A program made the translations under genes and the position numbers. The notes under the pieces are model-generated. The model saw only the letters and a list, made by a program, of their open reading frames with translations. It did not search any database and was not told the origin of the DNA. A DNA stretch of 64,000 bases, taken from NCBI RefSeq assembly GCF_033153115.1, contig NW_026889750.1, forward strand, positions 31,930,001-31,994,000. Direction: 5' to 3'. The stretch is from Saccostrea echinata. Its lineage: Eukaryota. Of this stretch, positions 60,080 to 64,000 are shown in pieces (position 1 is the first letter of the stretch; every line of letters starts with the position of its first letter).

Positions 60080-63000
60080 AGTGATAACATGAGGCCCTAG
60101 AAAGAAACGAAATTTTTGGTGCTTTTTAGTGAGGTATTTTTATTGATCTATGTAAAAAAAAAAAGATAAAGGAAATACACAGGAAGAAATAAATAGCAAG
60201 AATCAATATCAATTCAAAAATTATTATTTATTTTCTTAATATATTACAAGTTTTTTTTACACCTAGAAAAACACTATTTGGCTCCAAAACGACGGAGGGT
60301 TGGGGCAAGTCTCGCTTTTGTGTGGGTTCAAGCTCCTTCAAGAACCAACATAGTGAGGGGAAAAAAATAAACAACAAACAAAAAGGAAAAAAAGAAGCGA
60401 TTTTTAAAGACTCGATCATAATTATATAATCATCTTGAATAACTTTCTGGAACATTTATATTTTTTTGACAAAATTTTCTCAGGAATGCAATCACCGTTT
60501 ACTAATAATTTTATAGATGCCAATAAATATTTCCAAGAATTTACGATATAATCATCGTCTGGAAGATAGGTTAACAACAAAACAAATGTTAACATGTAAA
60601 TGAATACAAGAACTGAAATGATTAAAAAAAAAAATTAACATTACCTTAATATGCCTCAATCCGAACACTCTTAGCTAAGAATACCGACTGCTTGCATTGC
60701 GAAGTGAATCGATAAACATCACAACCAAACAAGCTTAATGGAAACAACACCAAAGGGTAAAATACAAATACCTTGTTTATAAATTGCCAAATTGTTCTGG
60801 GACCTAGTAATTGAAGTGACTTCGCTTAATTACTGTTACCCACAGAAGATCTCGCAAACGAGTCGTTTGTCTTCATCCGCGTGCCAATTCAAGCGTGACC
60901 ACTTTATCTTACATCATTTGGGTTAAATTTAGCTGAATCTTGTTTGATAAGTTTTTATATGTGGTAGGTATGCAGTTATTTTAATTAGTTTGAATGAAAT
61001 AAATGGGTCATCACATACTGAGAATGCAGAAAGTAGAACACTTTCGACCTTAAAATCAAGTAATCTTTTCCCTTCTATTTTGCGATCATGCGATGTTAGA
61101 ATTGTTGGGAAAATTGTTAACAATGAACACGAATGTATTTTCAGATGGAATGAAAAGTAAAGAGATTCCAGATGAGATATTTTTTTTAGATAAAATTAAA
61201 TATATTTTTCCGGCTAGTATTTCTTTATTATTATTTTTCTAAATTGATAAATAAATTTAGACTAACAGCTGTTGACAGGCTCGGTGCAAATTTGTATAGA
61301 GTCTTGACAGGTATAAAAATAAAAGAATTCTTTCAGTTCAAAAGCATCATTTCCCCTCAAGAGAGGAGGCACTATCAACGATAAAGATTGCAGATTTCTG
61401 AAATAAATCAAATTTTTAACAGTTCTCATGCATCACGTCAGAGAACGGCATATATCTCGCAAATATAAACGAAAGCTGTCAATCTTATTCAGGTTGATGA
61501 GAATGGTGTGAGAGTGGTAACTTTTATGATATAAAGTGTGTTATCAAAGGATTTTTTCCTCAAGTTTATTGCGTGTCTGTGTGTATTTCATTATTTAATG
61601 TGAAGTATATTTGTATTTTTAATAGTTGTCTACATCTGCCTTCTTTTTATAGAAAGATATTAGTATTCAGAATAAAAATATACATAAATTGTTTTGCAAC
61701 TTGTTTTTATTCTCTGTTGAGAAGTTGATGGCTCGTTTTTACTCCTCCTCATTGAGGTACAAAGAACTGTCAACTTCTCAACAGGGAATACAGTGTTCTA
61801 TGTGTATTAACAAGCTTAATGTACAAAAGAAGCTAAAGAAGTAGGGGTGAAAACCTTAAAGACCAACGCAGTTCTAACTATTGCATTTCTAATCCAGATT
61901 GAAACTTTTTTTTCTTTTTGGGGACTACTGCTTTTACACTCTCTACGATCGGCTCATACATTCACCTCTGTCGTTGGCTCGCGTATGTCACAGTGTTAAG
62001 CACAAGAAATAGTGCGTTTGTTTTAATTCACTATAATTAAATTCATTCACTAATGTTTATCTTTTAAGTTTATATTTACTACGTAGATATGGAACTATTA
62101 ATTTAATTTGAAATAATCCTTGGAATAACATTTTTTTTTTACCTTATGTCAAAAATCTTGGTGTCTGAGGTGTCTGAGAAATGGAACAAAAGACAACTCT
62201 GCAAGGGAGATTGCTGCTTTTATTGCAGGAAAACAAATGATAAGAGAATTCGAAGTGTCTTATTCTACTTGTCGTACACAAGAAGTGTCCATCACTGTGT
62301 CCTTAAAATAGCGCAGTTCCTTCTGTCTGATTTCTATTTAATTTGAGTGATCATGACACAGTTATTCATTTTCACTCCATGCTGATGACGTTGTTACCAA
62401 ACGCATTATCACGTGATAACATCTTCTGCAATAGTTTTCACTCTATTTTGATAAGGCTTATTTAAATCTAACAGTATAATAACTAACAATTTGGGTTTTC
62501 TAGTAAACAATAAACAGCTTTGCTACTTTTAGAAAATTATTTATTAAATTTCAAAACCTATCTCCTCCTTTAATTTTGCCTGATTTCGTTGAAAAATTTA
62601 AGATAAGTGTAAAATACGTCAATATTGTTAAATCTACAAATCAATTTTGCATTTCAATGAAATGCTGTCACTAAAGATATAAGAATGTTGTAAATCATAC
62701 TAATATGCTTCTGCGCTTGGACTCTGATTAATTTACTAGCCTTATTTCAACGAACCTTGCTAAGAGTATATCACGCATCAATTAAGATACAGCATCTTTT
62801 ATATTTGATTTCGAAAAGAATAATTCTGAAAAAATCCAATATACTTCTCCTCTTACATTCATTGAATGAATTTGAACTTCGATATTAAATTGCAAAGACT
62901 GCTTCAAGAAACACAATGTGCGGATTTAACAGTTTGATGAACAGTTATCGGTGTTATTAAAATTCAAATATTCCAAAATGTTCTCCTCTTCTCTATATCT

Positions 63001-63251
63001 TATTTTAATATCATTAAACAAAAGCTCTCTAGAATATTCTTATATGAGATATTTCAATGATAACTCCGCACTTTTTGTCCCATTTGAAACTAAAACCTGT
63101 TGCCTGTTCGAGTTTATATTACATGAAGATTTCACTGTATCGATTTTTAAGTTCGAATTAAAGATAAAACTAAACCTTATAGAGAAAATTCAAATTGATC
63201 AAGATGCTGCTCGTTTTTTGGGGGAGATTGTGTACGCATACGTTACTTACA

Positions 63252-63826
63252 TACGAAACGCCAAATTAATACATATTCAAATATTTGTACATATCTTCAA
63301 ATCAATTTTACCTTTCTCCAAATGAATTGAAGATGGGGTGAATTCAATTATACTTATCTTTAATTCATTTGTTGATAGGTACAATGGTTTTTAAGATTTA
63401 CTAATACATGTACTAAGAATTAAAGATAGGTATAATTGATTTAAAGAAAGGTGCAATTGAATTAAACCTAGGTTTGGAGATAGGTAAAATTATTTGATAT
63501 GTACCTATCTTCAAACATTTAAGAACAAACTAAGAATTAAAGATAGGTATAATTGAATTTAAGGATAGGTGCAATTGAATTGAATCTATGTATAATTGAT
63601 TTGTACCTATCTTAACACATATTTAAATATATTGATTTGAAGATATGTACAAATATTTAAATAAGTGTACTTATTTTCACCTATCTTTAATTCATTTAGA
63701 CTTGTCTTTAATTCAGAAGTACCTATCTTCAATTTATTTGGAGATGAGTTCAATTACTCGAAGATAGGTACAAATATTTGAAGATAGGATCAAATATTTG
63801 AATATATGTTAATTTGGCATTCCATA
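63252..63826. mobile_element. IS3EU-like foldback element with internal repeats of about 22 bp
   Basis: cttaca|tacgaaacgccaaatta ... taatttggcattccata|cataca (6-bp TSD, 1 mismatch); acctatctt/aagataggt units in both orientations. Confidence 0.75.
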
Positions 63827-64000
63827 CATACATTGCTTTAACGCTATTTGCCAGCATCAGAATATTTAAAAAAAAAAGCGATAATATTTTAACATTAAAA
63901 AATATTTTAATTTTCTCTAAAGCCAAAACCTGTTCACCGCAATGTGAGCGTATTTCGCACAGAGCAAGCACTCTTTTCGATATGATAGTGTTTACTTCTT

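Noticed and set aside
61000-63250. Search for further GH35 exons
   Set aside because: No AG-bounded frame with GH35 motifs (such as EFWxGWF) was recognised, though a short poorly conserved exon could have been missed

Overview
AT-rich, intron- and transposon-dense animal DNA. The repeat families suggest an oyster-like bivalve (inference). Four genes are well supported. (1) A complete TOPBP1 orthologue on + (38 coding exons reconstructed by hand, 6741-29734, about 1647 aa, with BRCT repeats, the ATR-activation domain and a C-terminal NLS). (2) An intronless 878-aa multi-pass membrane protein of a family I cannot recognise (37346-39982, +). (3) The first six coding exons of a GH35 beta-galactosidase, GLB1L2/3-like (48793-56423, +, presumably continuing beyond the window). 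(4) An intronless, strongly atypical class B1 (secretin-like) GPCR on - (58877-60079), apparently nested in intron 6 of the galactosidase. A probable first coding exon of a divergently transcribed gene lies at 1339-1374 (-). The rest is mobile DNA: satellite-carrying Helentron-associated (HINE/pearl-type) elements, hAT, Tc1/pogo, MULE-like, Kolobok-like and IS3EU-like TIR elements, tRNA-derived SINEs and a CR1/L2-type LINE 3' fragment, with several multi-level nests. There are two assembly gaps. The best novelty candidates are the orphan membrane protein and the GPCR that lacks the class B activation motifs.
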